From positions 64,001-128,000 of the forward strand of contig CAVWWD010000007.1 in NCBI GenBank assembly GCA_963758635.1: 64,000 nucleotides of DNA. Direction: 5' to 3'. This document shows, piece by piece, positions 32,594 through 42,113 of this stretch. Source of the DNA: an uncultured Candidatus Rokubacteria bacterium. Its GTDB lineage: Bacteria > Methylomirabilota > Methylomirabilia > Rokubacteriales > CSP1-6. Both the position numbers and the translations under genes were made by a program. The notes below the pieces were generated by a model. The model saw nothing but the letters and a program-made list of their open reading frames with translations. It had not been told where the DNA came from and did no database searches. Every line of letters starts with the position of its first letter. The stretch's first letter is position 1.

Positions 32594-34439
32594 GTGACGG
32601 AGCACACCAGACCGACCGTGACGAGGAAGCCCGATCAGCGGCTGTCCTGGAGCCCGGACGCAAAGGACGATCCGTGGACCGGACAGTCGCTCAAGGCGCG
32701 ATACCAGTTATCCGGCCGGCTCCTGAGCGGCGCATCCGGCGACCTGTACCGCGCGCACGACGGCGAAACGGACGCGGACGTGACGATCAAGCTCCTGGCC
32801 GGACACGCGAGCGCGAGCGACGACGTGCTGCCAGGGCTGCGAGATGAGCTCCTGGCGACCCGGGCCATCGCCCGGATCCGCCCCAACGTGGCGGTCGTGC
32901 GCGACTGCGACCGGACGGAGGAGGGCCAATCGTTCGTGGTCATGGAGCCTCTCGAGGGACGAAACCTCGTCGACGTCGTTCGCCAGGAGGGGCCGCTGGG
33001 GGTCGAGCGTGCGCTCCGGCTGGCGTTGCAGGTCGCCGAGGGGCTTCAGGCCGCGCACAGCCTGGTGCTCGTCCACGGAGCGCTCGGAGCCGAGCACGTG
33101 CTGGTCGGCGCGCACGATGCGGTCAAGATCATCGGCTTCGAGGCGGCGAGGCTCGCCCCGCGCGGATCCAAGACGGGCGCGCCGCCGGATTCGCGGGGCG
33201 GAATCGTCGCCTTGCTCCCAGGTCAGGCAGGGGAGCTGAGCGAGCAAGCCGACGTGAAGGCCGTCGGTACCCTGCTCATCGACATGCTCACCGGTGACGC
33301 GGACCGAGGCCGCGAGACCCTTGCGGCTCGCGGCGCGGGCGTGCCCGCTGTCGAGATTCCTGCCTCGGTGAAGGCGCTGATCGCAGAGCTCCAGAGCCAC
33401 GCACCGGCACGCGAAGGCTTCGACATGACCGCGGTGGCGAACGCGTTGTGGATGGAGCTCCATCGGACGACCGAGCCCACCTTGACCCGTTTCCTGCGGC
33501 CCGCACGTGCCGCGTGGGATCGGCCACCATGGCGGGCGGCGACCGTGGGGGTCCTCGTCGGCGCGGGCGTCACGCTGGCGGGCTGGATCGCATACGGAGT
33601 GATCATCGGCGGGCTCTCGATCGCGACCGTGAGCCCCAGCAAGCCGGAGTCCGTGGACACGCGCGTTGCGTCGCCGGTCGTGCCAGCGGTGGGGTTGCCT
33701 GCTCCCGGTGGTCCATCGGCGGGGTCGAGTCAGAACACCATGGCAGTCACGCCCGCGACTCCGCCGGCTTCCTCGAGCGAGAATACCCCTACAGGGCATC
33801 TGGCCGCGTCATCGTCCGAGAAAATTCCAGTCGAGACGCATCCACGGGCGGCGTCGGAGAAGCCGGTCGTTCCTGGTCCGTCGGCGCGCGGATAGGCCGG
33901 TCGTTCCTGGCCCGTCGACGGTGTCGGAGAAGCCGGTCGTTGCTCGCCCGTCGACGGCGTCGGTGGCGACGCCTCCGGTGTCGACGGCTCCGAACTCGAC
34001 TCCTCCGGCTTCGACTCCTCCGGTCTCAGCGCGTGCGACTACCCCGACCTCGACTTCTCCGGTGACAAAGTCTTCGCTCCCTCCATTTCAGAGTCCTGTC
34101 GAGGCGGCGCGACCCGCGCCCGGCGCGGCGGCCGCTCGCCGTGTAACCGAAAGCAGCCCGCCGCCATCGAATCGGGCGTCGGGTCCGTCGGCGGCGTCTC
34201 CGTCTCCGGCGGCCGTCACCGCGCCACCGGTCGTGAAGTCTCCCGCACCGCCGGAACCGCCGGCCGTCACCGGACCAGCGGTGCCCGCGCCTTCCCCGAG
34301 ACCAGCAGCGAGCGCGCGCTCCGTGGAACCAGCGCCTGAACGCACACCGCCGCCCCCACGTCAGGAAGGGCGATCCGAGCCGGACCCCGGCGCGATCATC
34401 GACTGGCTCGTGAACGAGTATCCGCGCCAGCAACGTTGA
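32594..34439 (+). CDS. Membrane-anchored Ser/Thr kinase-like protein with degenerate catalytic motifs and a Pro/Ser/Thr-rich extracytoplasmic tail (reading frame breaks at ~33890)
   Basis: RYQL..LYRAHD..VTIKLL, PNVAVVRD, FVVMEPLEG, LQVAEGLQAAH..LVHGAL (HRD lost), VKIIGFE (DFG lost), TM helix ~33545-33620, C-terminal DPGAIIDWL. Confidence 0.75.
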
Positions 34440-34683
34440 CGGGGCGGGTTACATGCGTGGCGGGCCGCACTGCGCATCCGGATCGCCGGGTCGCGGGTGC
34501 GATGGCTTGTTGACATGATCACGACGTCGGCGCACCATTGGCGAGCCTCGTTCGGTCTCGAGGCGCTCCTGTCGGTCGCTACTGACTGGTGGGATTGGCT
34601 CGAGGGTCGAGGGAGCGCGCCATCGCGCGCGTGTGGTCGGGTCCGTCGCATCACACGGCCAAGGTCTGAGAAAGATAGGGGGT

Positions 34684-36496
34684 ATGGGACTCGAGCACGG
34701 GCGCGGGACGGCAGTCGCCGGGGGCCCTGACGCGTTTGGCTGCCGTCGTCGCGGAGGGAAGCAGTGGCCGGGAGCGAGCCGCCTCGGTCTGGCCGCCTTG
34801 GTCGTCGCCCTCGTCGCGGCAGTGCTCGCGAGCCCGTCGATCGCGGCGGCCGCGCTCTCCCTGACCTGGAGCGACAACTCGAGCAACGAGACCGGGTTCA
34901 AGATCGAGCGGAGAACCGGCACGACCGGCACCTTTGCTCAGGTCGCGACGACGGGGGCCAACGTCGCGAGCTACACCGACACGACCGCGGTCGCCGGCAC
35001 CACCTACTGCTACCGCGTGCGTGCCTACAACGCGGCTGGCAACTCGGCGTATACGCTCGAGCAGTGCGCGCCCGAGCCGGCGATGCCCACCGTCACGATC
35101 GTGGCGAACGACCCCACCGCGACCGAGGCGGGAGTGACCACGGGGGCGTTCACGGTGAGCCGCACCGGCTCCACGGCGGCCCCGCTCGCGGTGTCGTGGA
35201 GCATCAGCGGCACCGCGGTCGACAACATGGATCGTCTTCCCATGCCGGTCGGACCGACGATCCCGGCCGGGGCCAGCTCCGTGGTCGTCACGGTCGACGC
35301 CGCTCGACGATACGCTGGTCGAGGGCCCGGAGACGGTGATCGCCACCCTCACCGCGGGTCCCGGCTACACCGTCGGCAGTCCGAGCACCGCCACGGTCAC
35401 GATCGTCGACAACGACGTGGCCCTCCCCGTCGTGACGATCGTCGCGAGCGATGCCAGCGCGACCGAGACCGGCCCCACGACGGGCACCTTCACGATCAGC
35501 CGCACGGGCGCGACGGGGAGCGCGCTGACCGTGTTCTTCTCGGTGGCCGGCACGGCGGGCGCGTCGGACAGGCAGGCGCTTCCCGCCAGCGTGACCATCC
35601 CGGCGGGCGCGTCGTCGGCTCCGCTGGTCGTGACGCCCGTGGACGACAGCGTCGCGGAGGGCAACGAGACCGTGGTCGTGTCGCTCGGCTCGAGCGCCGC
35701 CTACGCGATCGGCACGCCGGCGAGCGCCACGGTCACGATCGTCGACAACGACACGCCGCTGCCCGTGGTCACGATCGTGGCCAGCGATCCGACGGCGACC
35801 GAGGCGGGCCCCACGACCGGGTCGTTCACGGTGAGCCGCACCGGCCCGACAACGTCCGCGCTCAACGTCGCGTGGACGATCACGGGAACGGCAGTCAAGA
35901 ACGTGGACCGTCTTCCCGTGCCGGCGGCCCCGACGATCCCGGCGGGGGCCAGCTCCGTGGTCATCACGGTGACGCCGCTCCCGGACACGCTCGTCGAGGG
36001 CAGCGAGACCATCACGGCCACGCTCGCCGCCAGCTCCGCCTACACGATCGGCAGCCCGGCGAGCGCGACGGTGACGATCGCCAGATGACTCGACCGGAGG
36101 AGGTGCGGGCGAGATCACCCTCGACAACGGCCAGCCGGGGACGAGTTTCACGGGCGTCTGGGCGGTCTCGATCGGGCCCAATCCCTTTGGCACGAACTCG
36201 CGGTACTCGAGCGGATCCGGGACGGACACGTATCGCTGGACGCCGACCATCCCGACCACGCGTAGCTACCGCGTGTACGTCTGGTGGACGTCCCACCCCA
36301 ACCGGTCGACTGCGGCCCAGTACACCGTCGTGCACGCGGGGGGACCTTCACGACGACGAGGAACCAGCAGTCGGGCGGCGGGCAGTGGCAGCTCCTCGGG
36401 ACCTTCCAGTTCAATGCCGGCACGGGCGGCCGCGTGCAGGTGTCGGATGTCAACGGGCAGGCGGCCGCGGACGCGGTGCGTCTGGTGCCGCAGTGA
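34684..36496 (+). CDS. Secreted surface protein: FN3 domain + three Calx-beta-like repeats + C-terminal beta-sandwich domain (several frameshifts)
   Basis: Signal-like segment, LTWSDNSSNETGF...YCYRVRAYN, three repeats VTIVASD..ATE.G..TG.FT.SRTG...TIPAGASS...EG.ET..., then YRVYVWW...GGGQWQLLGTF...AADAVRLV. Confidence 0.78.
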
Positions 36497-36558
36497 GCCG
36501 GCCGCGTTCAACGAGAGGTGCGGTGGACACGACGACCGGAGACGGACGGAGGGAGCGC

Positions 36559-37113
36559 ATGACTCGAGGACTCGTTGCGCTGATCGTGGGAGCGCTGATC
36601 GTGGGCGGGGGGCTCGAGCCGGCCTCGGGCTCCGGCCCAGACCTCGTGGTGGTGGCGACCGGAGCGGATGCCGCGGGGGAACCGATGACCCTCTCCTGTG
36701 GGATGGCCTTTGCCGCCGTGCCGTCGAACCGCTTTACGGGCGGATGTCAGATCAGCGTGGGACGGGACCATGTGCTGCTCGGGGGCATGGACGTCGACGG
36801 CGTCCCACTCCTCACCGTTGTCCTGAACGGCGGGCTCACGGTCCACGGCGTTGCCCAGGCAGGCTCGGGCCGCTTCCGCCAGGCCGCGACTGACGGGATC
36901 GCCGGGTTTCCGATGTTGATCGAGATCGATCCGTTGTCGCGGGCGTGGGTCATCCGAGGCGACGTGCCGGACGGCCTGCGCCAGACGATCAGCCGCGGGA
37001 CCCTGAACGACGGCGCGATCAACCTCGCGATGCCTGCGTCGGTGGCCCCGCGTGGCCCCGAGCGCGGTATCGGAGAGGAGGAGCCGACGCCACGAAGGCC
37101 GAGAGCGCGATGA
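36559..37113 (+). CDS. Hypothetical secreted protein
   Basis: GGAGG RBS, then MTRGLVALIVGALIVGG signal-like N-terminus. No recognisable motif. Confidence 0.6.
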   Translation: MTRGLVALIVGALIVGGGLEPASGSGPDLVVVATGADAAGEPMTLSCGMAFAAVPSNRFTGGCQISVGRDHVLLGGMDVDGVPLLTVVLNGGLTVHGVAQAGSGRFRQAATDGIAGFPMLIEIDPLSRAWVIRGDVPDGLRQTISRGTLNDGAINLAMPASVAPRGPERGIGEEEPTPRRPRAR

Positions 37114-37179
37114 GCCGCTGATTCCGGAGTGACCGGTCGCGGCTATAGTTGTCGGAAGCCGATGGCAAGAACCCGCCCA

Positions 37180-38540
37180 TGAAAGGGCCTCTTTCAGCGC
37201 TGGCATCGATGACGGTCCTCGGGGCGATCATCGTGATCGCGCCGCCCGCCGGCATCGCCCAGCCTCGGGGTACACCCCCCGAATCCGCGTCGCCGCCGCC
37301 CGCGGAGGCGCCCGAGAAGCCCGGGATGCCGAGCCTGCCCGGCGAGCCAACCGTCACCTCGCCCTTTGGCCCTTTCGGCGCGTTCGGTCCCCTCGCCCCC
37401 GTCCTCCCGCCCGCGGTGCCCGGGACGGTCGGCCCGTCCGGTCTGTACCTGAGCACGACCTTCTCGGTCGAGGAGGAGTTCAACGACAACATCTTCTCCA
37501 CGTCGACCGGCCGCGAGTGGGACTTCATCACGCGGTTCACGCCGGGTCTCACGCTGGGCTACCGCTCCGAGCCCCTGACCGTCGAGGCCGGCTACGCGTT
37601 CTCCTCGGAGGTGTTCGCAAGGAACTCCGAGCTGAACGACGCGTTTGCGCGGCAGCTCGCCACCGCCACCGTGCGGTACCTTCCGACGCGGCTCCTCCGG
37701 ATCGGTCTGGCCGCGAGCTACCTCAAGACCAACGACGCAAACACTTTCCTGCCCCAGTTCTCGCCCGAGACGCGGCGCCAGATCGGTCGACAGACGGCCG
37801 AGGGGATCGACGCGTCCGGCACCATCGGCTACCAGTTCACCCCGCGCTTGTCGGGTGAGGCCACCTACCGGTGGGCGCGCCGTGAAGTCGAGGACGGGGC
37901 GACCGACACGTCCAACACCGGAAGCGTCGATTTGACATATCTGGTCACGCCCATCGACACGATCCTGGGCACGGTCGGGTTCGGCTTCTTCGACACCACC
38001 AGCAGCCCCACTCTGACTTCCCAGAACATCACAGACGAGATAACGTCGCAGTACGCGACCGCCGGGTGGAGGCGCCGCTTCACGCCGAACTTCGAAGGTA
38101 CCGCGCGGCTTGGGGTTCGCGTGAGCGAGACGCCCGACGTGTCCGTCAGCCCCGAGGCGGCCCTGACCCTGAACTACACCACGGCGACCGTGCTTTACTC
38201 GCTCTCCTACGCGCACACGGCGAGCCCCTCCCTGGGCGAAACGGGCCTGTTCACGGTTGACGCGTTGACCGGAGGCGTCACCTGGCAGGTGCTCCGGACT
38301 CTCAGGGCCGTCCTCGGTGCGACCGTCGCCCGGAGCGCCCCGATCGGAAGCAGCACGACTGGCAGCACGGCGATCACGTATGGTGTGACGGTGGGCATCA
38401 CCTACCAGGTGACCCGATGGGCCAGCGTGCGGGCCGGATACGTCTTCTACTACCAGGACGTCGAGGGGCAGGGCGACAACGTCATGCGCAATGTCTTCAC
38501 GATCGGCGTCGATCTGGGGGCTGGTCTCCGGATCTACTAG
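37180..38540 (+). CDS. Outer-membrane beta-barrel protein, EPS-locus associated
   Basis: Signal peptide, Pro-rich linker, EEFNDNIF...DFITRFTPG, alternating aromatic beta strands, terminal aromatic residue. Directly upstream of the wza-like gene. Confidence 0.78.
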
Positions 38541-38591
38541 CTCGTGGACGGTCGGGACCAGGCCGCGGACGCCTGGGAGAGGGAGCGGACG

Positions 38592-39206
38592 ATGCGGAGT
38601 CGGCGCACGGAAGGCAGGAGCGTGCCGCGAGCGGCGCTGTTCACGGTTCTGGCCGTGGTCATCATCGGAGCGGCGGTTGAGCCGTCGCGGGCCCAGCCGC
38701 AGCGAGAATCGGCCACGCCGCCCACGGACTATCGCATCGGGCCTCAGGACGTGGTCCAGGTACTCGTCTGGAAGAACGAGGCCATCAGCAAGACTGTCCC
38801 GGTGCGGCCGGACGGGATGATCTCTCTGCCGCTCGTGAACGACGTGAAGGCTGCCGGACTGACGACGCTCGAGCTGCGCGACGTGCTCCAGAAGAAGCTG
38901 ACCGAGTACATTCCGAATCCGGAAGTGTCGGTGATCGTGAGCGAGGTCCACAGCTACCTGGTCTCGGTGATCGGTGAAGTTCCCAAGCCCGGGCGGTACG
39001 AGCTCAAGAGCTGGACAACCGTCCTCAACGTCATCGCGCTGGCGGGGGGCTTCAGCCAGTTCGCCGATCGGAAGAGGATCGTGGTGCTTCGACAGCAGGA
39101 CGGCAAGGGTCTCAAGCGCATCCCGTTCAACTACAACAAGGTGGTCACCGGGGAGGATCAGGACAACTTCTTCGTCCTGCCCGGCGACGTAGTGCTCGTC
39201 CCGTGA
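38592..39206 (+). CDS. Polysaccharide export protein (Wza/OPX family, short form)
   Basis: YRIGPQDVVQVLVWKNE, VRPDGMISLPL, AAGLT, VIGEVPKPG, ALAGGF, LPGDVVLVP. Confidence 0.92.
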   Translation: MRSRRTEGRSVPRAALFTVLAVVIIGAAVEPSRAQPQRESATPPTDYRIGPQDVVQVLVWKNEAISKTVPVRPDGMISLPLVNDVKAAGLTTLELRDVLQKKLTEYIPNPEVSVIVSEVHSYLVSVIGEVPKPGRYELKSWTTVLNVIALAGGFSQFADRKRIVVLRQQDGKGLKRIPFNYNKVVTGEDQDNFFVLPGDVVLVP

Positions 39207-39767
39207 CTGCGCTCCAGTAGCCCTTCAAAGCAGGTCGCCCGGACTCGCGGCCGGCGTCTGGTCGTTCCCCTTTCGTCCGGTGATGGCGATTTGTCACCGG
39301 GCGGCGTGCTCGGGATCAGTCCGTGGAAGCGGCGTGCCACGCGATGCGAACCACGAACGGCTGTATGCGCGAGGCGGCGCGCTCCGAAGCCCCGCTCTCG
39401 CATGTCCGGCCCTTGCCTGCCTCGCGGGGAGCGCCCCCGAAAAGTCCCGGTATGAAGCCAGGTGCCTATATGAAGCTCGGGTGCCTATATGAAACGGGAT
39501 GCGGCCCAGCGGTCTTTGGGAACAGGTCCTCTCCCAATTTCGGAGAGGACAACACGGGAATGGCGGCGTACCAGTACATGCCGTCTGCAGCCTGCCGAAA
39601 GTGGGCGTCGCAGTTGGCCCCATTTCCCCAAGACTTGCAGCGACTTGGAACAATTGGCGAAACACCGGACTCGATGGTGCCCTCCGGTCGATACGAGGTG
39701 CGGTTCGCCCCTTTCGGGCAGCAAGCGTCGCCCGAAATTTGAAGTCTCGTTCCGCTCCCCGCCCCCT

Positions 39768-39783
39768 GGGCACGTTCGTTGCT
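39768..39783 (+). promoter_or_regulatory. sigma54 -24/-12 promoter upstream of the Wzc-like gene
   Basis: GGGCACGTTCGTTGCT matches the consensus TGGCACG-N4-TTGCW. Confidence 0.7.
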
Positions 39784-39905
39784 CGTGTTGCCGGCGTGCC
39801 CGGCGCCAGTGTCATGCCGGAGCGCAGTGAATCCGAGAGCCGATCGTGCCAAGGGGCTCATCCCGGTCTGCCCGATGGGCGGTGCGGGGAGGGCGCGGGA
39901 GTGAG

Positions 39906-41480
39906 ATGAGAGCAGACTCTGGTTTCGACGTCGCGCGGATGTGGGCCATCTGGCATCGACGAAAATGGCTCGCGATCATAGCCCTCGTGTTGCCCTTGAG
40001 CTTTGTCGTCAGCTTCCTCGTGGTTCTGCCGAGGATCTACCGGGCGACGGCGACGGTGTTGGTCGAGCGTCAGCTGGTTCCGGAAGAGTTCGTGCGCCCC
40101 ACAGTCACCAGCGGGGTCGAGACGCGGCTCCAGACCATCAGCCAGGACATCCTGAGTCGCGAGCGGCTGGAGGCGCTCATCAAGCGGTTCAATCTTTACG
40201 TGAAAGACAACCCTCGATACACGATGGAGGAACTGCTCGAGCGCACGCGCGATGACATCCAGGTCGAAATCAGATCAGCGGATTTCAGCCGGCGTGACAC
40301 TGCGATTGCATTCACGATCACGTACCGCGGGAAGGATCCCGCCACCGTCGTGAACGTGACAAACATGCTCGCCTTGACCTACGTCGAGGAGAATACGAAG
40401 GTCCGCACGCGGCAGGCGACGGAGACGGCCGAGTTCCTCAAGACCCAGCTCCAAGACCTGAAAAGGCGGCTCGAGGAGCAAGAGAAGCGCCTTGGGGAGT
40501 TCCGGCGGCGAAACATCGGCGCGCTGCCGCAGCAGATGGATGCCAATCTGGCCACCCTGGAGCGGCTCAACCTGCAGCTTCGACTCAACGGTGATGCTCT
40601 CGGTCGGGCTCACACCCGTCGAGAGTCACTCACGGCCGAGCTCGGTATTGTCACCCCCTCGGAGCCGGGCAAGGGCCCCGAGGTCGGCTCAGTGAGGCTT
40701 GTACGCCTTCGACAGGAGCTGCAGGAGGTCAAAACCCGATACACGGCGAAGCATCCAGACGTCGTTCGTCTGGAGACGGAGATCAGGCGGGTCGAGGCCG
40801 ACCTCGCAGCGGACCCGGCGAGCGGCCATAAGTCCACGGAGCGCGAGCTAATCGCGTCCGCGGATCCACAGGTTCGCCGCGTCCGGCAGTCCCTGACGGA
40901 GGCCGAGGCGGAGATCGCGAACCTCAAGAAGGAGGCTGCGTACGTTCGCGACTCCATCGCCACTTACCAGCGTCGGGTCGAGAGCACGCCGCAGAACGAG
41001 GGACAGTATCAGGAGCTCAGCCGGGACTATGACTCGACGAAGCAGCTCTACGCCACGCTGCTCAAGCGATTCGAGGATGCCCAGCTCGCGGAAACCATGG
41101 AATCGAAGCTCCAGGGCGAACAGTTCCGCATCATCGATCCGGCGATGGCTGCGCGCCCCGTGTCCCGACTGAAGATGGCGCTGGCCGCTCTCGCTCTGTC
41201 GATTGGCCTGGCCGTCGTCTCTGTGGTCCTGGCTGAGAGCATGGACAGCTCGTTCCACGCGATCGACGATCTCCGACAGTTCACCAGGGTACCGATCTTG
41301 GCGAGCATCTCCCGCATCGTCACCGAGGCCGACGTGAAGCGGACGCGCCAGCGCTTGCGTCTCGCTGCCGTGTCGGTGGTGGTCACGCTCCTGCTCATCG
41401 TGGCCGGCTCGTACGGGCTTGCCCACAATAACGAGCCGCTGGCCCGTCTGCTGACCATTGGACGGTCGACCGCACGGTAG
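39906..41480 (+). CDS. Polysaccharide chain-length determinant (Wzz/Wzc/GumC-like, no kinase domain)
   Basis: WHRRKWLAII TM, PRIYRATATVLVE, ILSRERL, coiled coils, YTAKHPDV, QFRIIDPA, two C-terminal TMs. Confidence 0.9.
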   Translation: MRADSGFDVARMWAIWHRRKWLAIIALVLPLSFVVSFLVVLPRIYRATATVLVERQLVPEEFVRPTVTSGVETRLQTISQDILSRERLEALIKRFNLYVKDNPRYTMEELLERTRDDIQVEIRSADFSRRDTAIAFTITYRGKDPATVVNVTNMLALTYVEENTKVRTRQATETAEFLKTQLQDLKRRLEEQEKRLGEFRRRNIGALPQQMDANLATLERLNLQLRLNGDALGRAHTRRESLTAELGIVTPSEPGKGPEVGSVRLVRLRQELQEVKTRYTAKHPDVVRLETEIRRVEADLAADPASGHKSTERELIASADPQVRRVRQSLTEAEAEIANLKKEAAYVRDSIATYQRRVESTPQNEGQYQELSRDYDSTKQLYATLLKRFEDAQLAETMESKLQGEQFRIIDPAMAARPVSRLKMALAALALSIGLAVVSVVLAESMDSSFHAIDDLRQFTRVPILASISRIVTEADVKRTRQRLRLAAVSVVVTLLLIVAGSYGLAHNNEPLARLLTIGRSTAR

Positions 41481-41632
41481 AGCTTCGTCTTGCCCGCTCC
41501 TCACGAGGCCTCCTGCCGCAAAGTGCTTCAGTGACCGTGCAGGTCAAGGGCTGATTCGCTGCTTTGCGCCGCCCCCGTCCCTTCCTTCTGCTCGCGTGCC
41601 TGGAACGTGTTGGGCAGCCTCGCCCCACAGAA

Positions 41633-42082
41633 ATGCAAGCCAGTGGTGCCCTCGGATGCGCGAGAGATGTCCGAGCATACACGCGAAGACGGGTTCTCGC
41701 GTTAGCTGCAGGCGCCTGGGCTGCGCAGACTGGCCTGCTATGGGCGGGGCATCCCTCCAGCCGATTTGTCACCATCAACCCCGAATCACTCAAGGCCCTC
41801 ATGGAGAGCCAGCGGGCGCCGGTGCTCCTGGTCGATCTCCGTCCCGCCCGGGAATACCGCCGGGGCAGAATTCCCGGCGCCGTTTCGATGTCTGCCGAGG
41901 CTATCGAGCATCGCATCGGGGAGATCCCGCCCCTGACCGTCGTGGTGCTGTATTGTGCGTGTCCTCTCGACGACGTGACTCCTCTCTACGAGAGGCTGCG
42001 CAGCCGGGGCCACCGCAATCTCCTGGTTCTGCAGGACGGATTCCCGGGCTGGCAGGCCCGTGGCTACCCGGTCGAACAGTGA
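41633..42082 (+). CDS. Rhodanese-like domain protein with a possible Tat signal
   Basis: TRRRVLAL twin-arginine-like segment, LVDLR..EY..GRIPGA, VVLYCACP, LQDGFPGW. Confidence 0.78.
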   Translation: MQASGALGCARDVRAYTRRRVLALAAGAWAAQTGLLWAGHPSSRFVTINPESLKALMESQRAPVLLVDLRPAREYRRGRIPGAVSMSAEAIEHRIGEIPPLTVVVLYCACPLDDVTPLYERLRSRGHRNLLVLQDGFPGWQARGYPVEQ

Positions 42083-42113
42083 CCAGCACACGGCTCTTCC
42101 GCCGAAAGGGGCG

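Noticed and set aside
34510..34540. TTGACA as a sigma70 promoter for the surface protein gene
   Set aside because: No convincing -10 box at 16-18 nt spacing.
39207..39760. Small ORFs or an ncRNA in the long wza-wzc intergenic region
   Set aside because: Overlapping ORFs in several frames have no motifs or clear RBS, and no recognisable RNA family is seen. The region is better explained as regulatory DNA.
41547..41563. Fifth sigma54 site upstream of the rhodanese gene (GG-N10-GC)
   Set aside because: Only the minimal dinucleotides match, which is too weak in GC-rich DNA.
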